Of a DNA stretch of 64,000 nt, positions 1 through 9,065 are shown piece by piece. The DNA comes from Akkermansia sp. (GTDB lineage: Bacteria > Verrucomicrobiota > Verrucomicrobiia > Verrucomicrobiales > Akkermansiaceae): positions 12,573 to 76,572 of the forward strand of contig JAFYRS010000094.1 of assembly GCA_017546845.1 (NCBI GenBank), given 5' to 3'. The position numbers were made by a program, and so were the translations under genes. The notes beneath the pieces were generated by a model. That model saw only the letters and a list, made by a program, of their open reading frames with translations. It ran no database searches and was not told the origin of the DNA. Every line of letters starts with the position of its first letter. The stretch's first letter is position 1.

Positions 1-580
1 CGGTGGCTGGAGCGTGCTCAACGGCTGGGATCCGGTGGCTTCAGAACTCGGCCTCGGGGTGGGCTGGCAGGACCCTGCCGTCATTGCTGAAACGGGGGCT
101 TGTGTCTGGAAATCCGGAGAAAAGCCCGTACTCGATTTCAAGAATACCGGAGAATTCCTCAAGGGGCTGATGGCTGTGTATGATACTCGGGTCAAGCACT
201 ACACTCCTGGTTTTGCCGGGTATGAGCGCCCGTTTGACCGTATAGCCCGTGCGGCTCGCATCGCTCGTCTGGGCGTGTTGCAGCAGGATGTCGATGTCCT
301 TGCTGTTGCCGTGCAGCAAAGTTATCAGCTTCAGCGGGAGGAGGGGATGTTGCCTTTACCCGATATTGGTAATCAACTTGCTCATAAGTACTGCGGAGGT
401 GGTCATGGTGGGTATGCCCTGTATCTGTACGCGACAAAGGAACAGCGCGACGCTGCGGTGGATGCATGCGAGGATATGTATCCCATTGAACCCTACTGCC
501 GCACCTTCGGCAAAGACGAACAGGTGGCATGGGAACCGCGTTTCCTGGAACGCTTGCGTAAGCGCGGTGTAATCAAGTAA
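1..580 (+). CDS. GHMP-kinase-like protein, C-terminal part (5' end outside window)
   Basis: Frame is open to the window edge (GGWSVLNG...). GWQDP motif and Gly-rich KYCGGGHGGYAL resemble the GHMP sugar-kinase C-terminal loop; next to a nucleotidyltransferase. Confidence 0.6.
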   Translation, partial: GGWSVLNGWDPVASELGLGVGWQDPAVIAETGACVWKSGEKPVLDFKNTGEFLKGLMAVYDTRVKHYTPGFAGYERPFDRIARAARIARLGVLQQDVDVLAVAVQQSYQLQREEGMLPLPDIGNQLAHKYCGGGHGGYALYLYATKEQRDAAVDACEDMYPIEPYCRTFGKDEQVAWEPRFLERLRKRGVIK

Positions 581-605
581 TTCTTATCTTTATCTTTCTC
601 TTAAT

Positions 606-1025
606 ATGGCAAAAGTATTTGTATCTGGCTGTTTTGATGTACTGCACAGTGGGCATATTGCCTTTCTGGAAGAGGCTGCAACGTATGGTGATGTGTATGT
701 CTCTATTGGTTCAGACGCTACCGTGATGGCCTTGAAGAACCGCAAGACGATGTATACGGAGGACGAACGCAAGTACATGCTTGAGGCTATTCGTTTTGTC
801 AAGAAAGTATACATTGGCCCCGATACCGGTAAGATTCTGGATTTTGCTCCGCTGCTGGATGAGGTGCAGCCGGATATCTTCTTTGTGAATGCGGATGGAA
901 CGAGCGATGAGAAAAAGGCTTTTGTGGAGAGTAAGGGAATTCGATATGTCACCAGTTCCCGTATACCTCACGGAAACCTACCAGAGCGCTCCACCACAAG
1001 CATCAGACAAACGTTATCTAAGTAA
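606..1025 (+). CDS. cytidylyltransferase-like nucleotidyltransferase (TagD/RfaE-type)
   Basis: SGCFDVLHSGH (HxGH motif) and C-terminal RSTTSIR. Confidence 0.85.
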   Translation: MAKVFVSGCFDVLHSGHIAFLEEAATYGDVYVSIGSDATVMALKNRKTMYTEDERKYMLEAIRFVKKVYIGPDTGKILDFAPLLDEVQPDIFFVNADGTSDEKKAFVESKGIRYVTSSRIPHGNLPERSTTSIRQTLSK

Positions 1026-1396
1026 TGACTTCCAGTATTACATATAACGTGGGCGAGAAGGGGGTACGCCCCTGGGGGGAGTGGCAGGTTCTGGATATGC
1101 AGCCGCATGTGGTGGTGAAGAAGCTTCTCCTGCGCCCGGGTGGGCGTATTTCACTGCAGCGCCACCAGCACCGCACCGAGCGCTGGATTGTGACTGCCGG
1201 AGTGGCAACGGTTGTGTGTGATAACAATCTGATGCACCTGAACGTGGGCGAATCCATCATGATTCCCAGCGGGAGCATTCACCGCCTGAGCAACAACGGG
1301 ACTGCGCCGCTGGCGTTGATTGAGGTGCAGATTGGAAATTATCTTTCTGAGGAGGATATAGAACGATTCTCCGATGACTATGGGCGTATACACTAA
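1025..1396 (+). CDS. cupin protein, type II mannose-6-phosphate isomerase C-terminal domain
   Basis: RPWG, SLQRHQHRTERW, HRLSN, IEVQIG, EEDIERFSDDYGR motifs; start overlaps previous stop (TAATG). Confidence 0.85.
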   Translation: MTSSITYNVGEKGVRPWGEWQVLDMQPHVVVKKLLLRPGGRISLQRHQHRTERWIVTAGVATVVCDNNLMHLNVGESIMIPSGSIHRLSNNGTAPLALIEVQIGNYLSEEDIERFSDDYGRIH

Positions 1397-1411
1397 CGGA
1401 TATCAGATAGT

Positions 1412-2290
1412 ATGAATCAGAAACTTCACTCAGCCTGGGACAAGGTGGACGGTATACTGGTGATTAATCTGGATACCAGCAAGGACCGGATGGATAAATT
1501 TCTCCAGGATAATGGAGACCGTTTACCTTTGGAAAAGGTGAACCGTCTTTCAGCTGTTCTGGGCAGGGCTTTACCTAGTTATGGCAAGTCTCCGTGGTTT
1601 ACGGAACGAACCGGAGAGCGCGCATCTTACTGGGGTGGTGCTGGCGGCTGCGCCTTGTCACATGCCAAAGCCATAGCCACAGCAAAAGAGAAAGGTTGGC
1701 GCAACGTGCTGATTATGGAGGATGATGTCGTGACCGGCATGCATCCGGATGCGTTGGCCATGTTGGAATATGCGCTTGAACATTTGAGCGGCAAGTACAT
1801 GCTTTATCTGGGGTACAGCCGCCCGACTCCGTATGGGAAAAGCGTACAGAGTAGCGGCGAGCATGCCCTCTGGAAGGTAGAAGGGGTTTTGTCGACCTTT
1901 GCTTATCTCGTCCCTGAAAGCATGTATGACAGCCTGCTTGCTGCAATGCCGAGCGAAGAGACAATATGGGAGTGGATGTCGATACACCGTGCTATTGATA
2001 CGTTCTACAAAGACACGGTGGCAGCCATGCCCGGTGTGGGTGTATATGCTATTCAGCCAGATTTGGTTGAACACTTTGACGGGATGTCAGATGTGAGCGG
2101 TATCTCTGTAACTTATACGGATAAGTATGATAAAACGCTGACCCCTCATTCCTACACCAGTGTGGCGGGTGTGCTGCATGTCCTCTCCGCTCCCTTCCGG
2201 ATGTTGAAAGTAAAGCTCAACTCCATACGCACGCACAGGCGGGCGCTCAAAGGCGGCTTGCCTGGTTTCCGTAAACGACGCAAAAAATAA
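1412..2290 (+). CDS. glycosyltransferase family 25
   Basis: VINLD...DR, GCALSH and LIMEDD motifs. Confidence 0.85.
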   Translation: MNQKLHSAWDKVDGILVINLDTSKDRMDKFLQDNGDRLPLEKVNRLSAVLGRALPSYGKSPWFTERTGERASYWGGAGGCALSHAKAIATAKEKGWRNVLIMEDDVVTGMHPDALAMLEYALEHLSGKYMLYLGYSRPTPYGKSVQSSGEHALWKVEGVLSTFAYLVPESMYDSLLAAMPSEETIWEWMSIHRAIDTFYKDTVAAMPGVGVYAIQPDLVEHFDGMSDVSGISVTYTDKYDKTLTPHSYTSVAGVLHVLSAPFRMLKVKLNSIRTHRRALKGGLPGFRKRRKK

Positions 2291-2379
2291 GGAAAACTTT
2301 CATTTTTTACCCTGGTGGCGTTGATTAAGCTTGAAAAATCCGCCTGAAAGCGCCATATTAGGGGCTCACTTAACACGAT

Positions 2380-4302
2380 ATGTCTGAACCTAAAGAACGC
2401 AAGACCCTGGAAGAACGCAACCAGGCAAGCGACCTTGAGCGCCTGCGCCACTCCTGCGCGCACGTGCTGGCCGCTGCCATTTGCCGCATCTGGCCCCAGG
2501 CCCAGCTGGCCGCAGGTCCCGCCATTGAAAATGGCTTCTACTATGACATCGAACTTGACCACAACATCTCCACCGCCGAATTCGAGCAGATTGAGGCAGA
2601 GATGAAGAAAATCGTCAAGGAGAATCAGACATTCGAACGAACTACCGTCACCCGCGATGAGGCCATGGCCATGGCTCAGAGCGGTGAACTTGGCGCTGGC
2701 GGCCCCCGCGATGTGGCTTCCAAATTCAAGGTAGACCTCCTTAACCGCATCCCCGAGGGCGAGGAAATCTCCATTTTCCGCAACGGTGAGTTCACCGACC
2801 TTTGCGCCGGCCCGCACGTGGGTCGCACGGGTAACTGCAAGGCCTTCAAGATTATGAGCGTGGCCTCTGCCTACTACATGGGCGATGCCAATGGACCCCG
2901 CCTGCAGCGTATTTATGGTACATGCTTCCCGAACCGCATCCAGCTGGACGAACACCTCGCCCGTCTGGAGGAAGCCAAGAAGCGTGACCACCGCCGTCTC
3001 GGTCGCGAAATGGGGCTCTTCACCATTGACGAAATGGTCGGGCAGGGACTTGTGCTCTGGAAACCCAAGGGTGCCATCATTCGTCGCGAACTCCAGGATT
3101 TCATCACCGAGGAGCTTGACCGCATCGGTTACTCGCAGGTATTCACTCCCAACATCGGTAAGCTGGATTTGTACATGACCTCCGGTCACTGGGAGCACTA
3201 CAAGGAAAGCCAGTTCCCGCCGATTCCTGATCCGGATGACTTCAAGCGCCTGCGCGATGAGAATGCCTCCTGCGCAGACTTGTTCAATGCGCTGGACACC
3301 CGCACCATCAGCGGTTTCATGCTCAAGCCCATGAACTGCCCGCACCACATCCGCATTTATGCGAATGACCCGCACTCCTACCGCGACCTTCCCGTGCGTC
3401 TGGCCGAATTCGGCACCGTGTACCGCTGGGAGCAGAGTGGTGAGCTGGGCGGTATGACCCGCGTGCGTGGTTTCACTCAGGACGATGCCCACATCTTCTG
3501 CCGCCCTGACCAGATCAAGGATGAGGTGCAGCAGTGCATCGGCATCGTGAAGCACATTCTCGGCACCCTGCAGATGAACGATTTCCGCGTGCGCCTTTCC
3601 CTGCGCGACAAGGATTACAGCGACCCGAAGTACGTCGGCACCATCGAGAACTGGAAACTCTCTGAGCAGGCGCTCCGCGAAGTGCTCAGCGAAGAAGGAT
3701 TCGATTTCATCGAAGCTGAGAACGAAGCCGCTTTCTATGGCCCGAAGATTGACTTCATCGTGCGCGATGTCATCGGTCGCGACTGGCAGCTGGGCACCGT
3801 GCAGGTGGACTACAACCTGCCCGAGCGCTTCGATCTGAACTACACCGGAGCAGACAACAAGCCGCACCGCCCGGTGATGATTCACCGCGCCCCCTTCGGC
3901 TCCATGGAGCGTTTCACCGGTCTGCTTATCGAGCACTTTGCCGGCAAGTTCCCCACCTGGCTCGCTCCTGAGCAGGTGCGTGTGCTTCCTATCTCCGACA
4001 AGGTGGCAGATTTTGCTGAGCAGGTGCGTGCCAAGCTGGCTTCCAAGTTCGTACGCGTCAAGCTTGACGATGCTCCGGACAAGATTGGTGCCAAGATTCG
4101 CAACGCCCGCCTCGACCGCGTACCCTACATGATTGTGGTGGGGCAGCGTGAGGCCGAGGAAGGCAAGGTTTCCATCCGTCACCGTGAGCTCGATGTCATC
4201 GGCACCATGGCGGTGGATGAATTCATCGAAGCCCTTGAGGCGGAAATCACCCAGCGTCTCATTCGTCCGGCCTTACAGCCCGAAGTAAAAGAACAACAAT
4301 AA
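2380..4302 (+). CDS. thrS: threonine--tRNA ligase
   Basis: RHSCAH, DLCAGPH, RDHRRLG, KPMNCPHH, RVRGFTQDDAH and HRAPFGS motifs; lacks the N-terminal TGS domain. Confidence 0.97.
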   Translation: MSEPKERKTLEERNQASDLERLRHSCAHVLAAAICRIWPQAQLAAGPAIENGFYYDIELDHNISTAEFEQIEAEMKKIVKENQTFERTTVTRDEAMAMAQSGELGAGGPRDVASKFKVDLLNRIPEGEEISIFRNGEFTDLCAGPHVGRTGNCKAFKIMSVASAYYMGDANGPRLQRIYGTCFPNRIQLDEHLARLEEAKKRDHRRLGREMGLFTIDEMVGQGLVLWKPKGAIIRRELQDFITEELDRIGYSQVFTPNIGKLDLYMTSGHWEHYKESQFPPIPDPDDFKRLRDENASCADLFNALDTRTISGFMLKPMNCPHHIRIYANDPHSYRDLPVRLAEFGTVYRWEQSGELGGMTRVRGFTQDDAHIFCRPDQIKDEVQQCIGIVKHILGTLQMNDFRVRLSLRDKDYSDPKYVGTIENWKLSEQALREVLSEEGFDFIEAENEAAFYGPKIDFIVRDVIGRDWQLGTVQVDYNLPERFDLNYTGADNKPHRPVMIHRAPFGSMERFTGLLIEHFAGKFPTWLAPEQVRVLPISDKVADFAEQVRAKLASKFVRVKLDDAPDKIGAKIRNARLDRVPYMIVVGQREAEEGKVSIRHRELDVIGTMAVDEFIEALEAEITQRLIRPALQPEVKEQQ

Positions 4303-4384
4303 CCCCTTTCTGCAGCAGCAGGGGATGGACCGTGTGCCTCCCCGCTGCTGCTGAACTCCAGGACTAAACCAAGAACACACACAA

Positions 4385-5050
4385 GTGGCAGCCCCCCAGA
4401 AACCCAGTAACACCGCCAATAACCGCAACCAGCGTGATAAAGGCGGCAAAAAAGAACCGCAGATTCGCGTCAACGACCGAATCCGTGCCCCCAAGGTCCG
4501 AGTCGTCACCGCCAAGGGTGATCAGCTCGGTGTCATGGCTACCCGCGATGCTCTCGCCAAAGCCAAGGAAATCGGACTTGACCTCGTAGAGGTAGCTCCC
4601 AATGCAGACCCGCCTGTTTGCCGACTTATTGACTACGGCAAGTTCAAGTACATGCAGGCCAAACTGCAGAAGAACAATAAGTCCAAAGTGACCAAGATGA
4701 AAGAAGTCAAACTCCGTGTCGGTACGGATGTGAATGACTACAACGTCAAGATGGCCCGTACGGAGCAGTTCCTTGACCATGGTCACAAGGTGCGTTTCCA
4801 GTTGCGCTTCCGCAACCGCGAAAATGCCCACCGTGAGCTGGGGCTGGACGTCATGGCCAAGGTGGTGGAGGATATGAAGACTATGGGGCAGGTGGACCAG
4901 GCTGCTAAGCTTGCCGGCAACACCGTTACCATGGTGCTTGCGCCTCTTCCTGCCAACCAGCGCGTCAAGAAGTTCAAGAAGTACGAGGAAGCAGACTTTG
5001 ATACAGAGTCTGAGGAATTCGACGCCACGGACGATCTCGGCGAGGAATAA
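4385..5050 (+). CDS. infC: translation initiation factor IF-3
   Basis: RVNDRI, LDLVEVAPNADPPVCRLIDYGKFKY, KEVK; follows thrS. GTG start is uncertain. Confidence 0.95.
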   Translation: MAAPQKPSNTANNRNQRDKGGKKEPQIRVNDRIRAPKVRVVTAKGDQLGVMATRDALAKAKEIGLDLVEVAPNADPPVCRLIDYGKFKYMQAKLQKNNKSKVTKMKEVKLRVGTDVNDYNVKMARTEQFLDHGHKVRFQLRFRNRENAHRELGLDVMAKVVEDMKTMGQVDQAAKLAGNTVTMVLAPLPANQRVKKFKKYEEADFDTESEEFDATDDLGEE

Positions 5051-5076
5051 AGATTTCTCTACATTCAGCTTTTATC

Positions 5077-5114
5077 AGCCTCTCTGCTGCTTTTCAGCCA
5101 GAGAGGCTTTTTTT
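5077..5114 (+). terminator. intrinsic terminator after infC
   Basis: AGCCTCTCTG...CAGAGAGGCT stem followed by a T run. Confidence 0.8.
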
Positions 5115-5190
5115 ACATTCGCGGTGCTGCATATCTTGCTATGACAAAGGGGTGTGTTGAATAATTGTTCGCATGTAGTATGATGTTGCT

Positions 5191-6021
5191 ATGTTCATTT
5201 TTACAGTAAAGCAGGGGCATTGTGCTATTGTTGAGATGTTTGGCAAGCCGGTCGCGGTGAAGAAGAGTGGTTTGCAGTTCCGTATACCGTTTCTTCAGCG
5301 CTTGCGCGATGTTTCTCCGGCATGGGGAAATCTGACCAATAAGGACGGTTATTTCATTGAGTTGACTGAGCAGTTGCTGGATACGCAGCCCCGTTCCTGC
5401 ATTACGAAGGACAATGCGACCATGCAGATGAACTGCATTGTGCGCTGGCGCGTGACGGACCCCATCAAGGCTGTGTACGAGGTGGAACGCCTGCATCAGT
5501 CTCTCATTGAACTGGTTCTTAATGAAATGCGTTCGTTGGTTGGTAGCCGGAATCTGGATGAGATTCTTTCCTCCCGCTCTGAAATTTCAGAGAAAGTGAC
5601 TCTGGCTGTTTCTTCCACCGTGGCTCGCTGGGGTATTGCCATCACTTCCATTGAAATCAAGGAACTGACCACCGACACGGAAACGCGGGAAGCCATGCTG
5701 CGCCAGATGGAGGCAGAGCGAATCAGCCGCTCCACGGCGCTGCAGGCCGAGGGCGAAAGCACCGCTAAAATCCGCCTGGCAGAAGCGGAGAAACAGGCGG
5801 CAGTGCTGCGTGCGCAGGGGGCGGCAGAGGCTCTCCGTCTGGCCGCAGAGGCAGAGGCCGCGTATGTGGAGAAGCTGGCAGGTATCATCGGCGCCGATGC
5901 TGCGGCCAAGGTGCTCATGAACCGGCAGGCCCTGGATGGGTACGCCACCATTTCCACCAACCCGGCTTCTACGGTGTACCTGCCCAACAGTGTGCCGGCA
6001 GTTGTTGATTTAAAACGCTGA
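5191..6021 (+). CDS. SPFH/stomatin-like (paraslipin) protein
   Basis: IVEMFGK, ITKDNA, LDEILSSR, RWGI and QMEAER motifs plus Ala/Glu coiled coil; paired with an NfeD-like gene. Confidence 0.9.
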   Translation: MFIFTVKQGHCAIVEMFGKPVAVKKSGLQFRIPFLQRLRDVSPAWGNLTNKDGYFIELTEQLLDTQPRSCITKDNATMQMNCIVRWRVTDPIKAVYEVERLHQSLIELVLNEMRSLVGSRNLDEILSSRSEISEKVTLAVSSTVARWGIAITSIEIKELTTDTETREAMLRQMEAERISRSTALQAEGESTAKIRLAEAEKQAAVLRAQGAAEALRLAAEAEAAYVEKLAGIIGADAAAKVLMNRQALDGYATISTNPASTVYLPNSVPAVVDLKR

Positions 6022-6037
6022 TATTTCTGTTTTTTTT

Positions 6038-6529
6038 ATGGCTTCCATGCTTATTTTTGCTGATTTTTTCGGTGTGTCCAACGGGACATTTCTGCACTGG
6101 ATGCTGGCTATAAGCCTGACTCTGTTGGTGCTGGATATTTTCTGCAATACCGAAGTGCTTTCCTGGCTCTCGATGCTGGTGTTTGCGCTGTGGGGTACCA
6201 TGCAGTTTGATTTGCCGGTGCAGTGGTCTGTTCTGGTGTATATCCTCATTCTGATAGTTTGTGCGACTCTTTACTATACCTTGTGGACGCATTGTGTGCG
6301 CAAACTGGTCATGGATTGCATCATGCGCCACGCTCCCAAAGAAGCCCAGGAAGGGCTGGCGGGTACAACCGGCCGCATTGTGGGTGAGGGGGATGGCCTC
6401 TGCGTGAAGTATGGTGACCAGTTCCTGCCGGTGGCGGAATCCTGCCGCCCAGGTCTGTCTGCGGGGGATACGGTAGAGATAACCTCTGTGGAAAATGGCT
6501 TTGCCCGCGTAAAAACCAAAGCTGATTGA
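6038..6529 (+). CDS. NfeD-like membrane protein
   Basis: About 3 hydrophobic helices followed by an OB-fold-like tail (LAGTTGRIV...GDTVEI); downstream of the SPFH gene. Confidence 0.75.
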   Translation: MASMLIFADFFGVSNGTFLHWMLAISLTLLVLDIFCNTEVLSWLSMLVFALWGTMQFDLPVQWSVLVYILILIVCATLYYTLWTHCVRKLVMDCIMRHAPKEAQEGLAGTTGRIVGEGDGLCVKYGDQFLPVAESCRPGLSAGDTVEITSVENGFARVKTKAD

Positions 6530-6549
6530 GCGCCATCGTTATATCCTTG

Positions 6550-6586
6550 AAAAGCAGGCAGTGTACCGCACTGCCTGCTTTTTTTT
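6550..6586 (+). terminator. intrinsic terminator after SPFH-NfeD pair
   Basis: AAAAGCAGGCAGTG/CACTGCCTGCTTTT stem plus T run. Confidence 0.85.
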
Positions 6587-6638
6587 GACACATTACAGCA
6601 TTGCAAGCGGTGCGAAAATGTGCTACTCTCCGAGTGTT

Positions 6639-7250
6639 ATGGCAAATACTTCCCTTACCCCTGAGTTGGCAAAGCTCGCAGGCGAGCTGGCCGCCGCTTT
6701 TGCAAGCAGCCAGAAAGTAGTGGCCGCCAAGGCCCGTATCGGTCTTTTCTACCAGAATCCTGAAGCTACGGATTTGTTCCGCAAGGTGAGCGAATATGGT
6801 GAAACCCTGCGCAACAAGCACATGGAAGGCATGCCTCCCTCGGAGGAAGAACTCAGCAAGTTTGACCAGCTTCGCTCTGCTGTGGTTGAGAACGAACTCT
6901 GCAAGGGATTCCTGGAATCCCGCCAGATGCTTGACGATATGCTCTCTGTGGTGAACCAGTACCTCTGCCTGGCTATTGAAAAGGGCTCTGCCCCCAGTGA
7001 TGAAGAGGTGGCTGATTCCATGAACCAGCAGATGAGCGCCTGCTCCTGCGGCGGTGGTTGCCACGGTGACTGCGGTGATTGCGACAATGAGTCCTGTGGT
7101 AAGAATAAGTGCGATTGCGGTGACTCGAAGTGCAACTGCGGCCCCGATTGCACCTGCGGCTGCCAGGAAGGCAAGGAATGCACCTGCGGCGATGGCGAGT
7201 GCTGCTGCGGTAAGCACGAAGGCCACGAATGCAAGTGCGGTAAGCACTGA
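6639..7250 (+). CDS. YlbF/YmcA (Com_YlbF)-like protein with Cys-rich C-terminal tail
   Basis: Helical domain typical of YlbF/YmcA; start chosen at ATG 6639, just after TTGCAA-17-TACTCT (6601-6629). Confidence 0.7.
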   Translation: MANTSLTPELAKLAGELAAAFASSQKVVAAKARIGLFYQNPEATDLFRKVSEYGETLRNKHMEGMPPSEEELSKFDQLRSAVVENELCKGFLESRQMLDDMLSVVNQYLCLAIEKGSAPSDEEVADSMNQQMSACSCGGGCHGDCGDCDNESCGKNKCDCGDSKCNCGPDCTCGCQEGKECTCGDGECCCGKHEGHECKCGKH

Positions 7251-7265
7251 TGCTCGCTTGAGCGT

Positions 7266-9050
7266 ATGTTCCACTGGGTAAAATCGCGCGCTTTCTTTTT
7301 TGCTGTAGTGTTGCTTGTGGCAGCATTCATGGCATGGCAGGGCGCGTATACCTGGCGCTGTGCATTTGAATTCCCGTGGTGGGGGTGGGGCGTTGCCGTC
7401 CTGCCCGCACTGTCGGGGGTGGGAATGCTGCTTTGCCGCCGCCTGGGCAAGGCACTGCTTCCGTCATCTGCCTGTTTGTGGGTAGTACTGCTGCTGTCCA
7501 TGGCGGTGGACTGCTCCTGCAACATCTTCACGTATGCCACGCCGTGGCATCTGTACCTCTCGGTGCTGATGACCATGGGCTGCATGTTGTTGCTATGGGC
7601 CGTGCTTCGTGCCGGTGCCATTGCGTTCTGGGTGCTTTTCCTGGTGCTGGAAATCATGCAGATTTGCGGGTATATGCAGTATGGCTCGCGAATCAACTCT
7701 CTGGTGGTGGCAGAAACCATTGAGGCTTCGTGGGATGACGCTCTTGCGTACATGACCCCCATCAACCTGGGCATGCTGGCGCTTTCGTTCATCCTTTCTG
7801 TGTTGTTCTGCTGGGGACTGAAGCGCGCATTGCGCAAGCAACACAGCCTTACCTTGTTCAATGCGGCCTGCCTGTTCGGCACGGCATCTCTGGCATTTGG
7901 CTTGCTGGTCCCCCCCCACCGGCAGAAAGTGGACTTTTATTGGCCGGTCACGGAGGTGCCGCAACTTTACAATGCGGCCAGTGAAGCTCTTACCATTAAT
8001 GAGGCTACCATCAATCAGGTGGAAAGCCTAACCTCTCCCGCAGAATCTCCGAGCCAACTGCACACCCTGCGTGGGGGCGAGGGCGTGGTGCTCATTGTCC
8101 ATGTAGGTGAGAGCATCCGTGCTGACCGTATGAGCCTCAACGGATATGAGCGGGATACAACCCCTTGGCTGCGCCAGCAGAAACACCTCATCAACTTCCC
8201 CAGTTGCATATCGGCAGCCTGTGATACCTGCCAGGCACAGATTGCCATGCTGACCGATGCCCGGCGAGATGTTCACGAAAAGCGGCCGGAGATGCTGCCG
8301 CGCACCGGTTCGGTGCTGGATTTGTTTGCGGCGCACGGCTTTGATATGTACACCTTCTTTGGTCGTCGTTGTGCTCAGAAGTTGAAGTATGACCGCGTGG
8401 TGATGGTGCTGAGCAATCGCTCCCGAAAGAAGTTCAATGCACCGGGCAGCCCCTGGACGGCTGTTCCTCAAATGCAGGAAGTTCTGAATCAGGTTACGGC
8501 AGAGCAGAACCTGTTGTTCTTTGTGAACAACGAAGGTAGCCATACTCCCTTTGAGCATTATGACCGCCAGAATACCCCCTTTGTCCCGGTGGCAACGCAT
8601 TTCCAGAACCCGGCTGCACAGGCGCAGGAGGTGAACAATGCATACGACAGCACCATTCATTATACCGATGAATTTTTCCGCCGCGTAACCGAGGCCGTGC
8701 AGCATCGCCCATTTGTGTACATCTATATGAGCGACCATGGCGAGTATCTGGGGCACGATGGTATGTGGGGGCGCGCGGCATTGGGTGAGCAGCATGTTTC
8801 CTACCATGCCACCACGGGCTGCCGCGTAGGCATGTTTGTGTTGTATAATGAAGCCTTTGAGCGTTTGCATCCGCATTTTGCCACTTCTCTGCAACAGTTG
8901 CGTGCAAATTCCGCTCTGACCGTGGCGCACGAACACCTGTTCCATACGCTGCTGGGGCTCTTCAAGCTGCAGACTCCCTATTACAATGAGACGCTGGATC
9001 TGACCTCACCTGCGGTGCTGCCGTACTCCGGCCCGCAGCCTGCGTTGTAA
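7266..9050 (+). CDS. phosphoethanolamine transferase (EptA-like, sulfatase fold)
   Basis: About 5 N-terminal TM helices; VGESIRAD, GYERDTTP, GSHTP, YDSTIHYTD and SDHGE motifs. Confidence 0.85.
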   Translation: MFHWVKSRAFFFAVVLLVAAFMAWQGAYTWRCAFEFPWWGWGVAVLPALSGVGMLLCRRLGKALLPSSACLWVVLLLSMAVDCSCNIFTYATPWHLYLSVLMTMGCMLLLWAVLRAGAIAFWVLFLVLEIMQICGYMQYGSRINSLVVAETIEASWDDALAYMTPINLGMLALSFILSVLFCWGLKRALRKQHSLTLFNAACLFGTASLAFGLLVPPHRQKVDFYWPVTEVPQLYNAASEALTINEATINQVESLTSPAESPSQLHTLRGGEGVVLIVHVGESIRADRMSLNGYERDTTPWLRQQKHLINFPSCISAACDTCQAQIAMLTDARRDVHEKRPEMLPRTGSVLDLFAAHGFDMYTFFGRRCAQKLKYDRVVMVLSNRSRKKFNAPGSPWTAVPQMQEVLNQVTAEQNLLFFVNNEGSHTPFEHYDRQNTPFVPVATHFQNPAAQAQEVNNAYDSTIHYTDEFFRRVTEAVQHRPFVYIYMSDHGEYLGHDGMWGRAALGEQHVSYHATTGCRVGMFVLYNEAFERLHPHFATSLQQLRANSALTVAHEHLFHTLLGLFKLQTPYYNETLDLTSPAVLPYSGPQPAL

Positions 9051-9065
9051 TTTACCTTTCCCCCT

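Noticed and set aside
2152-4182. 676-aa antisense ORF over thrS (similar ones at 15546-17729, 36659-38482, 39012-40409, 48992-50425, 58079-59317)
   Set aside because: Shadow ORFs expected from codon bias of GC-rich, well-expressed genes; no recognisable motifs.
7030-7250. TGC-rich quasi-repeats resembling an array
   Set aside because: Explained by Cys codons of the protein tail; no fixed repeat-spacer period, so not CRISPR.
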